Shown here one piece after another: positions 50,790 to 64,000 of a stretch of 64,000 nt of DNA. The DNA comes from Vicugna vicugna (lineage: Eukaryota): contig MU058658.1 in the NCBI GenBank assembly GCA_013265495.1, positions 309,059-373,058 of the forward strand, written 5' to 3'. A program made the position numbers and the translations under genes. Under the pieces are notes generated by a model. That model was not told the origin of the DNA and searched no databases. It saw nothing but the letters and a program-made list of their open reading frames with translations. Each line of letters opens with the position of its first letter. Within the stretch, counting starts at the first letter, position 1.

Positions 50790-51420
50790 CTCTGTGAAAG
50801 CGGCCTCCCGCTTCCACGGCGTTTGGACAGAGCAGACCAGGGACGCCCCCCTCCAGCCTCCCGCGCCCTCCCCGCTTCCTTCCGCTCGCAGCTTTGGACC
50901 CAGCCTCCCGGCGATCACGGCCTCCGGGACCAGCAACACCGCTCCGGGCTTAGCTCCTTACGGCCGCCCAGCCGTGCGCTCCGGGGAGCATCACGGCGAC
51001 TCCCCGGGGGGGCGCCGTCCCCGCGAATCGGCGCAGGAGGCGCGCCCGGGCGCCGAGCTGCGCTGAAGACGGAGGAGCAGCGGGCGGCGGCCCCCCTCCC
51101 AGGACGCGGGGTTGGGGCGGGGGGTGGGGGCACCCGGGAGCCCCGAGCCAGGCCCTTCGCGGTCCGCACGCCCTGCGCTCCGCCCGCGCAGACCCCGCCC
51201 CGCCGTGACTTCCCGGAGACGCGCGTCCTCGGTGAGCAGGTGCCGCGCATCAGGGGCGGGCGGCCCCGGGCTGCGCGGCGGGGTGTCTCCCCCGAAGGCT
51301 CAGAACCGCCGCGAGCCTCCGGAGCCCAGCGGGCTGGGAGGGGCCCCGGTGTCAGGGCTCCTGCCTGGAGCCTCTGGGCAGCTCTGTGACCACCCCGGAG
51401 CCCCTCCCGAGCCTTCGACC
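50790..51420. promoter_or_regulatory. Orphan CpG island
   Basis: About 600 bp of very high GC and CpG density with GC boxes (51114-51122, 51193-51201). No associated CDS was recognised. Confidence 0.75.
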
Positions 51421-53139
51421 AAGTGGAAACAACAAAGCTTTTTGCAGGGGAAAAACATCTGTGAAGTGTCGTCCTAAAGTGCCTGGAACACGAATAGGTA
51501 AACCGCGATGCATGCGTGTGGCTGTGTGTGGGGCTCGCTGTTACTGCCCTAGTCTTGGTCCCACGACGCTCTTACCAGTCGGGGCGTTTTGAAATCCCTC
51601 CTCTGGGATTGTCTTTGGGGCTAATTTCAAAGCTGCATGAAATAATCCACATGAACTTTGGTTTAAAACAAAAGTATTGCCCGGAAAGATAAAAATAATC
51701 ACGTCCTCACTCCGAGCCTTCCTTGGAGCCTCTTCCATGATCACGTACCTACTTCGTGTTGCCACATTTGGCGTGAACTCTTTTCTGGTGCTTTATCCAA
51801 TATCGTTATTGCGCACACAGCTCTCAGTGGGGAAAAAAATCATTTTTTCCTCCAAAGTTATGTTTTTAGCATAGATTGTGTGCTTCCTCTGTTCCTTGGG
51901 AAAGCCGGTTGCCTTTTGAGGATGTTACTCTCTTTTATCTTCTGTCAGAATGATTATCTGGTCGCAGCAGCGGCTGTACAGGTATCCGAGCCCTGGGATC
52001 CGCAAGCCAGAGAATCCGCTCCCGGGAAACACTTCTGGCTCAAAGCGGAGGGTTATTCGTGCCGAACCTGGGAGCTCTTTGGGACAAAGTGGCCCATAAA
52101 GACACCTGGAGTGTGAAGGAGTGAGGGGCATCCCACCGAGTGAAGGACCCCTCAGGGTCCATTCTGTCCTCACCCACTTTTCTCTGCCTGGTCTTCATCT
52201 GTGTGGTCAGTCAGAGGGGGCTGCTCCACATGGCAAGCACTGTTTTCTGGGTGGTGGGACAAGGATGACAGAGACAGGGGTCCTGCCCTAGCGGAGGGCA
52301 GGCGCTCAGCACCAAGCGTGGCAAACATATGGGAAATCAGATGTGAGCAGTGAAATGATTCTGCTGCTGTGACAGAAGTGCAGCCAGAGTCATGAGTGAG
52401 GGAAGGGTGGAATCTTGGAGTCCCGGGACAGGTGAGCTGGGGTAGCGCGCCCTGGTGTGAGAGCTTTGCTTCCGGGGATGGAGAGGAATGCAAACCCTTC
52501 TGAGCTCTGCTGAGAATCGTGGGGGATGCCATGAACTGTGAGCGGTGCTTCAAATGGAAATGTCACTCGGTCGTGTCAGGTCTCCCCAGGACTTAGTGTT
52601 CTCAGTGAGAGTGGGAACACGGACTTTGGATGAAAGGCATAAGGAAAGAAGCAGACAGTAAATAAAAGGTGACATTATGTTGGAAATCTCGGAGCTGGTG
52701 TGTCAAGAATACGCAGATTAAAACCCGCTGAACCAGGAGGCACAAGCCACCCACGCGGGGTCAGCAGGTAGCGCCCTCAGCATCCGAGCTCCCACTTTGG
52801 AAGTGGAAGTCCCTGGGCCATTTTGATTGAAGGTGCGGTTTCAATACACTCACACAAAGACAGTACAGTCACAAGGTTTATTAATGACACATCCCAGGAC
52901 GGGGCACAGTGAGTAGACGGAAGTGCACTCCTCTGAGCCGGGGAGCACACACCTCTTACTTCTGAGGTGGCTGGGGCAGCGGTCACTAATTTCCTCGAGT
53001 GGTTATTTTAAAAGGTGCTCCAGGAAAAGCAAACTGGGAACTTCGTGGTGGGAGTCCTACACTCAGGTTCTGATCTAAACGTCCAGACTCTTGGTCTGTC
53101 GTACTGTAAAATGCCCAGACAGCAACTCCAACAGGCTGT

Positions 53140-53545
53140 TTTCTCATTGCAGGGTTGAGCTGCGTGCCCCACATCTGGGTATGCTGAAGCCCACCCCAGT
53201 TTCTTAGAACGTGTGTATTCGGAGATGGGGTCTTTAAAGAGGTAATTAAGTTAAAGTGAGGCCATTAGGACAGGCACTAATCCAATCTGATGAGTGCCTT
53301 GCAAAAAAGGATTAGGACACACACAGACACCAGGGGCACGTGTGCACCGGGCGACACCACGCGAGGAGACAGCCAGAGGGCGGCCACTGGCAACCCAAGG
53401 AGAGAGGCCTCAGGGGAACCAACCCTCCAGCGTCCTCACCTTGGACTGCCGGCCTCCAGAACGATGAGAAAAACAGCTGTGTCGTTCGGGCACCAGTGTG
53501 TGGCATCTCACCCCGACAGTCCCAGCAAGCTACCAACTTAATCAT
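53140..53545. mobile_element. MLT1-type MaLR LTR
   Basis: GGTCTTTAAAGAGGTAATTAAGTTAAAGTGAGGCCATTAGG...CTAATCCAAT...GGCCTCCAGAAC. Confidence 0.8.
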
Positions 53546-53559
53546 GCACGGGCATTTGC

Positions 53560-56500
53560 AGAATTGTTACTTTGTTCCCAGCTATTGCTGTTATCAATAA
53601 AGCTGCTGTTGCTGTGAACATTAGAAGTACAAGCATATCTGTGGACACACATTTTTAACCCTCTTGGGGATAAACCTACAAATTAGACAGCTGCATCACA
53701 TGCTAAGTGCACGCATACTTAGAGAAATTACCAGCTTTCTAAAGTGGGTTTTAACATTTTGCATCCCACCAGTAAGGCATGGGAGTCCTGTTTCACATCA
53801 CTGACTTGGCATTTTCGGGTTGACCATTCAAATGAGCACAGACATGTGTCTCATTGTGGCTTAAATTTGTTTCCCTAGTGACGAATGATGTTGAGCATAT
53901 TTTTACATGCTTCTTATTTACATATTTTCTTTGGTGAAATATGTATTAAAACTTGTCTTTTTTCTAATTCTCCCAGCCTTTTGAACATACTGCCACATTC
54001 TGGCTTTTTTTTAATGCTGCCAATCTAACTGCTGTCCTTTTGTAAACAATGTATTTCTTTTCTGGCCACTTTTCAGACTTTATTTTATACTCTGCTATTT
54101 AATTTCTACTTGAATTCCTAGGTATAATTTTTAAAAAACTTATTCTCCCTCCAATGTATCCTAAATCAGAGGATTCATGTTTTCATCTATTCTGTAAAAT
54201 TCTCAGACATCTTTCAAGCAGCCACTTTTCCTGTCATTAGTTATGGAACTTCCATGAACTGAATGTTGAATTTCTGTTTCTTTGAACAATGTCTTAGAAT
54301 TTCAGTATCTTTATCTCTGAATTTCTTCCTGAATAATATATTCAAATATATAATACCAGATATAGTCATCTTATCAGTATGTATAATTTTCAAAGAAAAA
54401 ATTTAATTTTTCAAATAAAAGGGCAGAATTTTTGTCTTTTTTAAAAATTGGGTTTTCTCATTGTTTTAAAGATTATTTAAAATTTCCAGACACCAGTTAT
54501 TTATCAGATATACTTTGCAAGTATTTTTCACTGGGCTATGGCTTCCATTTTTAACTTTCTTAAATGTGTCTTTTTTAATAGCAAAGGTTTTTGATTTTGA
54601 TAAAGCCCAATTTTGCCATTTTATTTTATTTGGGTTTTGATTTTTCTGTCTTGATAAGTACTAGGGATGTAATATACTTGATAAATGTATTTAACACTGC
54701 TGTATGTTATATATGAAAGCTGTTAAGAGAGCAAATCCTGAGTTCTCATCACAAGGAAAAAAATTTTTTTGTTTAATGTATCTGTATGTGGTAATGAGTG
54801 TTCATTAAACTTATTGTGATAATCATTTCATGATGTAAGTCAAATCATTATGCTGTTCACCTTAAACTTATACAGTGCTGTATGCTAACTGTATCTCAAT
54901 AAAACTGGAAGAAAAAAATCCTCTAAATATTGATGCCTATAAAACTCATTATCCTTAAAATTGAAAAGCAAAATAAATAAAATGTAAGAAGTCTGTCTAA
55001 CCCTTGTTCAATGAGTACCCCTCATCCAATGACCTATGAGTTATTTTATACTTTACATTTCAGACATTCAAGATTATAATCCATTTCAAGGTAGTAAATG
55101 ACTTGAGATATGTTGAGGTTTTTATCACTTTATTTTTCATACGGATGTTGTAATCTTAGAGTATTTTGTTGAAGCATCATCCTTTCAGTCTTGAAATACC
55201 TTGGCAATTATACTGAAAATAAACCGACAACATACGTGTGGCCTGTTTCTGGCCTCTGTATTCTTGCTGGGGCAGCCCTTTCACCACCAGTTTACTTCCG
55301 TTAGCACAGCTCTATAGTATGCTGAAAGTCAGGTAAAACCTTTCAAATTTGATTTTCTTCCCAAAATTTATTTTGGGTATTTTAGGTCTTTTGAATTTTC
55401 ATATAAATTTTCAAATCCTTTTGTCGGTTTCTACCAAAATCAGTGGGAATTTGTTAGTTGTGTGAATCTACAGAATTAGGGGAGAATAAATTGAAGTATT
55501 AAGTCCTTAGATTCAGAAACGTGGTCTCAGTAATGTTTTGTAAATTTGCTTTATAGTTTTTGAATGTATTCTGTTAAATATAGTCCTAAATATTTCACAT
55601 TTTGGTGTTATAGTAAGAGGTATAGTTTCCCAATTTCCAAACATTTTAAATATATTGACCTTTTATCCTGGGGCCTTGACTAATCTATGAGATCTCTTAG
55701 GTTTTTTAATAGATAATTAAGGATTTTCTAAATAGATAAGCACATAACCTGTGAATAATGACCATTCTGGTTCTTTCTTTACAATTTGTGCACCATTTGT
55801 TTCCTTTAATTTTCTTACGTCACTAGCACAGGCCTTCAGCATGGTATTACACACAGGCTGTGAGAGTGGACATTTCTGCTTATTCCTGATATTAGGGGGA
55901 AAGCACTCAAACTTTCACTACTAAGTGCGATGTTAGCTTTAGGTTTCTAATGCTGCCATACGTCAGGTTAGGGAAGCTGGTTCTGACATCAGCTCTCTGA
56001 ACACCAACTCCCAGAGTTCGCATCGGTGTCCACATCTTTAGCCGTTCAGTCCTCCACAAGAAAGCCCTCACTTCAGGCATCAGCTTCAAGTCACAGGGGC
56101 CCACTGTATTTCTGACCAGCTGGCTATAACTGCAGGGGTTCCCACAATCTCCTCAGGTTGGATAATTTGCTAGAATGACTCATAGAATTCACTAAAAGTG
56201 CTGTCTATACCTATGATTCCAGTTTTGTTACAAAGAATATAACTCAGGAACAGCCAAATGGAAAGAGCGCACAGGGCAAGGTGTGGGAGGGTGCCAGGTG
56301 TGAAGTTCCCATGACCCCTCCCAGGGGAGTCAAAGGCATATCACTCTCCCGCACATCCATATGTTCGCCAACCAGGAAGCTCCACCAAGACGTGGTGTCC
56401 AGAGTTTTGATCAGAATCTCACTGCACAGACACAACTAATTAGATCATGGCCACAGGACTGAACTCAATCTCTAGCCCCTCTCCACCCCCACAGGTCTGG

Positions 56501-57430
56501 CTGGCTCAGCTTCAAACTTCTAATCTTGTAGTTGGTCTTCCTGGCAACCAGCTCCCATCCTGACACTTCCTAGGGGCTCACCATGAGTCACCTCATTAGC
56601 ACAAGGAAGCCTCCTACCACTCCAGGAATCTCAGTGTTTTCATAGCTCTGTGCCAGGGACTCAGGACAAGGAGCAGATACATTCATTATACAACATGTTC
56701 TAGATAACACGGATTAAATTAATACATTCTCAGTTGTTAAGCCAACCTTACATTCCCGGTAAGTCTCACTAGATTCAATCAATTCCCAGGAATGTAGAGT
56801 TGGCTTAACAATGGAAAACACACTAATTTTATATACATACTTAGATTTAATTCCCTAAAATTTTGTGAAGGAGTTTTTTGCATCTATGCTCACATATTAG
56901 TCTATAATTTTCTTTTTCATCTCATTACCTAGTTGTGCTCTTAGGGTTAACACTGGCTTCTAAAAATTGGTTGGAAAGTACCCCTTATGTTATCACTTAT
57001 TTTGGGGAAGTTTGATAGTCTCAACTATTTCTTCATTAAATATTTGCTAGGATTCATCAGTGAAGCCATCTTGGCCTTGAGTTTTAGTGAGAGGGGTTCT
57101 TACGTTTATACATAGTGTACCACTACAAGTAATCTGGAAATACTCATTTTATGTCTTTAATGGACACAGGATTTTTCAGATGATCTATTTCTCCTTGAGG
57201 GAGGCTGGCTAGTTAGTATCTTTCAATGGGTTTTTGTCCTCTGCATTTCCACTTACTGTGAAAGAGTTGTTTAAAATAATTATCCATTATGTTTCAAAGG
57301 TATTCGCGTGATACATTCTCTCCTTGCTCATATTTGTGATACGTGATTTCTCTCTTTTTTTTTTCTGATGTTGTTGGAGGTATTATCAGTTTTACTAACT
57401 TATTCAAGGTATCTGCTTTGGGATGATTCA
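53560..57430 (-). mobile_element. Fragmented old L1 with a nested + strand L1 3' end (~54660-54915) and a nested MER21-like LTR
   Basis: AT-rich L1 reverse motifs (GTGAGAGTGGACATTTCTGCTTATTCCTGAT, CAGTGAAGCCATCTTGGCC). Confidence 0.7.
55975..56695. mobile_element. MER21-like LTR
   Basis: TTCTGACCAGCTGGCTATAA...GATAATTTGCTAGAATGACTCA...GAATATAACTCAGGAACAGCCAAATGGAAAGAG; same family as 18540-19510. Confidence 0.7.
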
Positions 57431-58099
57431 TAGATTTTTCTTTCAAATAATTAACAAAGTATATGAAACTGATTCTTAATACACAGGACATCAAGCAAAT
57501 AACAGTGACCTATGAGAGAGCAAACAAGTGCTGTGAGCCAGGTGACCACCCCAGGTTTCTGTGAGAAATTTCCAAGCTCCAGCACAAGAATGGCAAGTCC
57601 AGGTAGACCCCAGAAGTCGCCTGAGCTGAGACAGAAACTTAGAATCTGGGCCTAACTCAGGTGGCTGCAGTCCAACAGAGCACAGCACAGCTGAGAGAAA
57701 ACGTCGGAGACTTGAAGAGGGTCATCCTCAAGCATCCAGCTGGGCGCCCATCTGCACCCTCGGGAAGGAAATGACCAGAGGTGAGAAACACCCGAGAGGG
57801 TTAGATGCAGCAATTTCCAAGGCTACTGCAGAGGGTGCAACAGCATCTGTTCCAACCAGTGTCCATGGGAAGCCTCACAAAGCACGTCTAGAGAACACAG
57901 AATGACTGTCTCAGGAGGGGGAAGGAAGTCAGCCTTCAAATAAATACTCCAATGAGTCTACCTAGAAATGTTTGGAATCAAGATACCAAAAGACCATAGT
58001 GTGTCCAAGGAACTTAAACATGTAACAGGAAAAAAAATCAGGAATATCTATAGAAATGCAAATGTTTTCAGTACCCAAAAAGGCAAAACTGAGTGTCCA

Positions 58100-60110
58100 C
58101 ACAAAATGACACTATGTTAATAGCATCAGACAATGCAAATTTCAGAGCAAAGAATATTACTATAAAGAGGATCACTTCTTAATGATAAAGAGCTCTACTC
58201 ATTAATTGGACATAACAGAAGGAAATGTTTATTCACCAAATAAAAAGACTTCAAAATACATGAAGCAAAACCTGACAGAACCAGAGAAATAGGCAAATCC
58301 ACTTATACAGAGACGTCAACAAACCTCTTCAAGTAACTGATAGAACACGGCTCCCACATCAGTAAGGGCACAGGAAAGCGCAGACATTATCAGCCATCTC
58401 ACCCAAGCTGACATCTGAGGACTCTCCACCAAACAAGAAAACAATATACGTTTATTTTGAGTTAACATGAAACACAGGACAGACCATATTCTGGGCCATA
58501 ATGTGAACATCAATAAATGTAAATAATTCAAGTCATAAAGTATATACTCTGACTGCAATGAATTAAGTTAGAAATCAATTACAGGAAAGACAGGAAAATA
58601 CCAAGTATTTGAAATAACTTCTAAAAAGAACCACGTGTCAAAGGAGAAATTTAAAAGGAAACTGGAAAAGGTTTCAAATCTAATTAAAATGAAAATACAA
58701 CATACCAAGTGTTGTGGGAGGCAACTAACAGTTCCTACAGGGTGATTTTTAGTATTTAGCACCGACATTAGCGGAAAAAGACCCAAAGGTATCCAATGAA
58801 GGCTCTCAGCTTCTATGTTAACAAGTAGCAGAAGACAAATGAAATACAATAAAAGCAAAAGGCAATGGTAAAAGTCAAAAAGAAAAAAATAAGGGAAGAA
58901 TCAGTGAAATCAAGTGCTTTATGAAGATCAATAAAACTGATAAACTTCTGATCAAGAAAAAAAGAGAAATATAGACATTACCAGTATCAGGAATAAGACA
59001 GGTGGCATCACTGAAGGCTCTACACGTACTAATAAATAATAAGAGAATAGCTTGAAAATTTTGACTACTAAGTAATACAAACTCCTTGAGAAAGAGACAA
59101 ACCACCAAAGCTCACTGTAGGAAAAAACAGAAAGATACTTTGTACAAACCTATGTCCACCATGGAAATTAAATAAACATTTAGAAACCTTTCCACAAAGT
59201 AGACTCCAGGCCCAGAGTCTTCACAGTGAATTCTATCAAACAATTAAGGAAGAAAGAATGCCAATTCTTCACAAACTCTTCCAGAAAATTGAAGAGCAGG
59301 GAATACTTGACCAACATGTTCTGTAAAGCCAGCATCACACTGCTAGCAACCAAAACTAAGCATCCAAAAAAAGAGGCTAACATCCCTCATGAGTATGGAT
59401 GCAAAATCTCAAAAAACAAAACAAAACAAAAAAACCCCCAAAACCCAGCATACTAAATTCAACGATACATGAAAAGAGTCATACATCATGACCAGACGGG
59501 CTTTACCTCAGAAACGCAAAGCTGGTTTACCTTTTGAAATCAGTTGATATACTTCCTCATTAAAAGACTAAAAAGGTTAAAAAAAAAAAAAAACAACTAT
59601 GATTATGGTCACCAGTATCCAAGAAACCCTCCCACGAATCCCACCTGGAACCAAGATTAGTCTGTCACCCACAGAGTGAGTCAGGAATGACGGCGCATCA
59701 CTTCCAGGTTGAGGCTGTAACAGACCCTGCGGCTTCATTCTCGGGAGTCCTCTCTGGGGCCACTTCCTTTGGAACTATTTCTCTAAAGTGGAGTACTCTA
59801 AGCAAATGTATAGACGGAGAAGAATGAACTACTGACACACAGAACGTTGATAAGCCACATAATAATTATGCAGGGTTGTCAAAGCCACATACGTACTAGC
59901 ACATTTTAAATTATCCCCCCGCCACACACACACATCAAACTCTAGGAACTGCAAACAAGCCTATGGTGACAGAAAGCAAGATGAGTGGTTGATTGGGAAT
60001 GGGTGACAGGGAGAGTTATTGTAAAAGGAATCAGGAACCTTGGTTTCAAAGGCGCAAACATGTACTGAAACTTACCAAATTATACACTATAAATATGTGC
60101 AATTAATTGC
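58100..60110 (+). mobile_element. Old L1 ORF2 (endonuclease/linker region) and 3' fragments
   Basis: GACCATATTCTGGGCCATA, CCAGGCCCAGAGTCTTCACAGTGAATTCTATCAAACA and GCCAGCATCACACTG are L1 ORF2 motifs. Confidence 0.85.
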
Positions 60111-61398
60111 AGAAAATGTTTAGATTGCTCAGACGGTCAGCAGCCATAAGATTAGGAGACACAACTATGGGAGTCCTGAGAATTTCCGTAAACCCTCACA
60201 CCAAAGCCAAAGTGATGGAAACATTTGCAGAGACACCTTTAGAAGAGTGACAGTCCCTATAGCTGGCTGTAGTCTCCAACTTCCTATCAATCAGTGTCTG
60301 TATCAGTTATGACTCCTACCTGGCCCTCTTAGGGGACAGTGACATCTGCCCACCAAACGACAGATCAGGGATGCTGGCAGGTCCCAGGGAACCAAGCTCC
60401 CCTCAAGAGGGCTGAGGAATATGACACACCCGTGGGAACAAGGGGCCCAAGTCACGCTGCTCCCAGACACACCAGAGGCTGTCACAGCACACGCCCACTG
60501 CTCAGGGTGCCCTTGGTCCTACAAATCCTCACCACACAGGCCACGTGATGAGGACCCCAAGGACTGGTATTCTGTCCTAGGAGGCCTTGAGCAGCAGAGC
60601 AAACTAGGCTGAAACCAGAATGAGAGCTGTTCTTTCTCTGCCATTCTACCACCACGGCAACATGACAGCTGGAGCTCTCACACAAGCTGCTCACTCCCTC
60701 ACTGGGCTCTGCCAGCCGAACTCTGTTCTCCACTCAACCCACAAAGTGAACACAACCCCCAGGATTAAAGGTAGCTTAAAAACTAAGGCATTTGTTGCAA
60801 AACCAGAACAGCAAGAGGCAGGCAATCCCCAAGTTACATGACTTGGAGGCTGGACAAATCCATCAGGAGGGCTACAGGAGACTGACAAAGCCTGAAAAAC
60901 GGACATCTCTGTAAGCAGCCTGCAGAACAAAGATTGTATTCTTCTGGCCGAAACTGGATCACCTCCAAGCTTAAACCACCTGGGGGCGCGGGGAAGCAGA
61001 AAGGAGTGAGGACTTCAATGGGCTCAGGCTACCGGTGATTCCCTCCAGGGAAGGGAGCAGCAGCAGAGAGCCTGCCCCTTGAAGCACGCGGGGGTGACTT
61101 CTGCGCAAGCTGGGACCCTGCTGTTGCATAGATGGATGGCTTCTTCCGGAGACACTGGCAGTGATACACTTCTGGCAAGTGTGCAGAAGCCGTTCAAGTG
61201 GACAAAGGCATGTTACAAAGTTCAACACTGCCCCAGGAAGTGCCCCATGTAGCTGGCGCACAGAAGAACCTCCTCAGGGTGGGAGTTCACACACACAAGG
61301 CTCAGATCCCGGCCGACGGCGACTCACAAAGGCTGCTCTCAGAGCTTCTCCCCGGTGTCCCCCACTGTGCTGGACAGGACAGCGTATTCTCCGCCATC

Positions 61399-62546
61399 CT
61401 AAGGCCTTTCTCCAGCGTGAACTTTCCAGTGTCTGATGAGGGAAGCCCTTTGCCTGAAGGCCTTCCCACACTCACTGCACTGATACGGCCTTTCTCCAGT
61501 GTGGATTCTATGGTGCTGAACAAGCACATGTTTGTGGCTAAAGGCTTTTCCACACTCGCTGCACACATATGGCTTTTCACCATTGTGAACTCTCTGGTGT
61601 GCAATAAGGTCGGAGCTTTGGCTGAAGAACTTCCCACACGCAATGCACTCGTAGGGCCTTGCCCCGGTATGAACACCCCAGTGTTTAATGAGTCTGTATT
61701 TGTGACCAAAGTACTTCCCACATTCGCTGCACTCGTAAGGCCTTTCTCCCGTGTGGATGCTCTCATGCTGGACAAGCGTGGATTTGTGGCTGTAGGCTTT
61801 CCCACACTCACTGCATTTGTACGGCCTGGCTCCAGTATGGACTCTCTGGTGTACAATGAGGTTAGAGCTGTGATTAAAAACCTTCCCACATATCCCACAC
61901 GCATAAGGCATCTCTCCAGTGTGGATTCTCTGGTGCTGAGCAAGTATGGGTTTGCGGCTGAAGGTTTTCCCACATTCGCTGCACTCATATGGCCTTTCTC
62001 CAGTGTGGACTCTCTGGTGCTGAACAAGTGAGTCTTTACGACTGAAGGCTTTCCCACATTCACTGCACTCATAATGCCTATGTCCACTGTGAAAGGTCTC
62101 TGTACACGTGGTGTTACTTTGTGGCTTCCACTTACCCAGAGGGGTGCGGTGCTGGAAAATGCCTGAGCTGGCTGGGAAGTCCTTACAACCCTCCCCCGTG
62201 GGAAAGGGTACCTCCAGTGATTGGACGGGGCAGCTGTTCACAAGGCAGGCCCTGCCCTCGTCCCGTCTGCAGGGCTTCTCTCCACTGTGCGGCTTCTGGT
62301 GGTGAAGGTTTGTGCTGAACCACAGCTGTTTCCCACATGCCACACACACGTGTAGTTTTTGCTCACGGTGTGTTTCCTGGTGCTCAGCCAAGTGCAAAAC
62401 ATCTCTCAGGATCGGGCCACATGTCTCACAGGGGTGAGCCTTCTCGGAAGACAGAACTGTCCTAGGAACCGTGATCTGTGACACTCCTTTTACAGAAACG
62501 CTCTGCTCAAAAGCTATTTCCTCCTCCTCCATCCCACGCCGACAGC
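61399..62546 (-). CDS. ZNF772: Last (zinc-finger) exon of ZNF772: 8 tandem fingers plus degenerate upstream fingers
   Basis: Acceptor CTTTCAG|G at 62547/62546. The fingers [61 protein letters not shown] and QRASLIRHW match human ZNF772 as I recall it. Confidence 0.93.
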
Positions 62547-63198
62547 CTGAAAGCAGACAAGTGCTGGTGAAGTGCACACTGACACTGGTGGGAAGGGGCA
62601 GTCTCATTCTAAATGTGTGTCTAACAGAACTAAGACCAAGGTCACGAGACTGCCCACAGGACAAGAGGCCCAAGTTCAAGCTGAGTAAAGGGCTGCTATG
62701 CAGTAGTTGGCATCTAAAGGTCACAGAACGGAAATGGCTTTGAGGGGGAGAGGACACAGACATGGGGAACAGCCCAGGAAGAGCTGGGGTCTCCAATGAA
62801 GTCATCTGCAAATGGATTTCAGCAAGGCCCAGTCGGCTGGGGACAGGTGAGCACTGTGCAGAAGGCTGTGTCCCCTGAACAGCTACAACCAAACAGAACA
62901 GTTGGTGTTGAAGTATTACCTAAAGTATCTCACGACACGTTAAGCATAAGCCAATGTTGGAAAGCAGTGCAGAAGCAGCAGTGGAGAGGAACAGCTGAGA
63001 TGTGGCGGCAGAGGTGGGCAACGGCCAAAGGTCAAAGGTCTGAGCGTAACAGTCAACTGACAAGTGTGTAAATGGAAAAGTAGACAGGAATGAAGTGTAC
63101 TCGGTGGCCTTGCCACATCAATGACCGTGGGCGAAGAGCAGCTGGAGGAATGACTAGAGCCCAGACCGACATCACATCTTTCCCCAGCTCCCACTCAC

Positions 63199-63321
63199 CA
63201 GGGCCACACCCTCCCTGAGCCTCTCTGGTCACGGCCGGAGTCACGTCCGCCCAGTCAGATCCCCAGGGCTCACTGCCCAGCTCCCGTGGAGCAACCCCAT
63301 GGGGCATGGAAGACACATATC
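63199..63321 (-). CDS. ZNF772: KRAB-B-type exon of ZNF772
   Basis: 123 nt, TTTAG|GA...CCTG|GTGAGT, encoding GYVSSMPHGVAPRELGSEPWGSDWADVTPAVTREAQGGCGP. Confidence 0.88.
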
Positions 63322-63612
63322 CTAAAGGAAAGACAGGACAGGTAAATGGCCAGCACTGCTCTCGGTGAGCCACCCCTCAGAGAAGAAAACTAAGTATTAT
63401 CAAAATAGCTCTGCAGTAGTGTCTAGCAGGGAGAGCCTAGTGGTCCCAGCAGGTAGTGCCCATCCCAGTCCATGCAATTCCTGACACAGGCTGGTGGCCA
63501 AAACTATCAGCTGGAGGAAAGGGGCAGAACCTGGGGGACAGGAGTGCCATGATCAGGACAGAGGCACCCAGTCAGGCAGAGGACCAGCTGGCTACGACCC
63601 ACCGGGCGACTA

Positions 63613-63999
<387 letters not shown>

Positions 64000-64000
64000 C

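Noticed and set aside
52760..63460. CTCF-like motifs TCAGCAGGTAGCGC (52761) and CCAGCAGGTAGTGC (63446)
   Set aside because: Both mismatch the conserved GG core, and such matches are expected by chance in 64 kb without ChIP data.

Overview
Mammalian genomic DNA. The tRNA-Ala(AGC)-derived SINEs suggest a camelid, but this is from memory and not a database result. The window is part of a KRAB-C2H2 zinc-finger gene cluster like human 19q13.43. It holds a ZNF17-like gene (-, CDS 11418-19838), a ZNF548-like gene (-, CDS 26181-33749), an 11-finger KRAB-ZNF I cannot name (+, CDS 38015-44699), the 3' three exons of ZNF772 (-, 61399-63981), and the promoter/first exon of a fifth paralog running off the left edge. 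The rest is mostly L1, SINE, LTR/ERV, MaLR and DNA-transposon sequence. I found no wholly new biological system. The most notable signals are evolutionary: (1) a 258-bp perfectly identical, non-coding CpG-rich tract shared by the old paralogs ZNF17-like and ZNF548-like, suggesting gene conversion; (2) inverted paralogous promoter blocks (1-840 and 37420-38240) that flank the ZNF17/ZNF548 block and could mark an inversion; (3) a gene-less 'ghost' promoter at about 5.7-6.3 kb; (4) an orphan CpG island at about 51 kb; (5) a ZNF548 stop codon completed by an L1 insertion junction; (6) several dead or frame-switched exons. All alignments were made by eye and gene names come from recalled human proteins.
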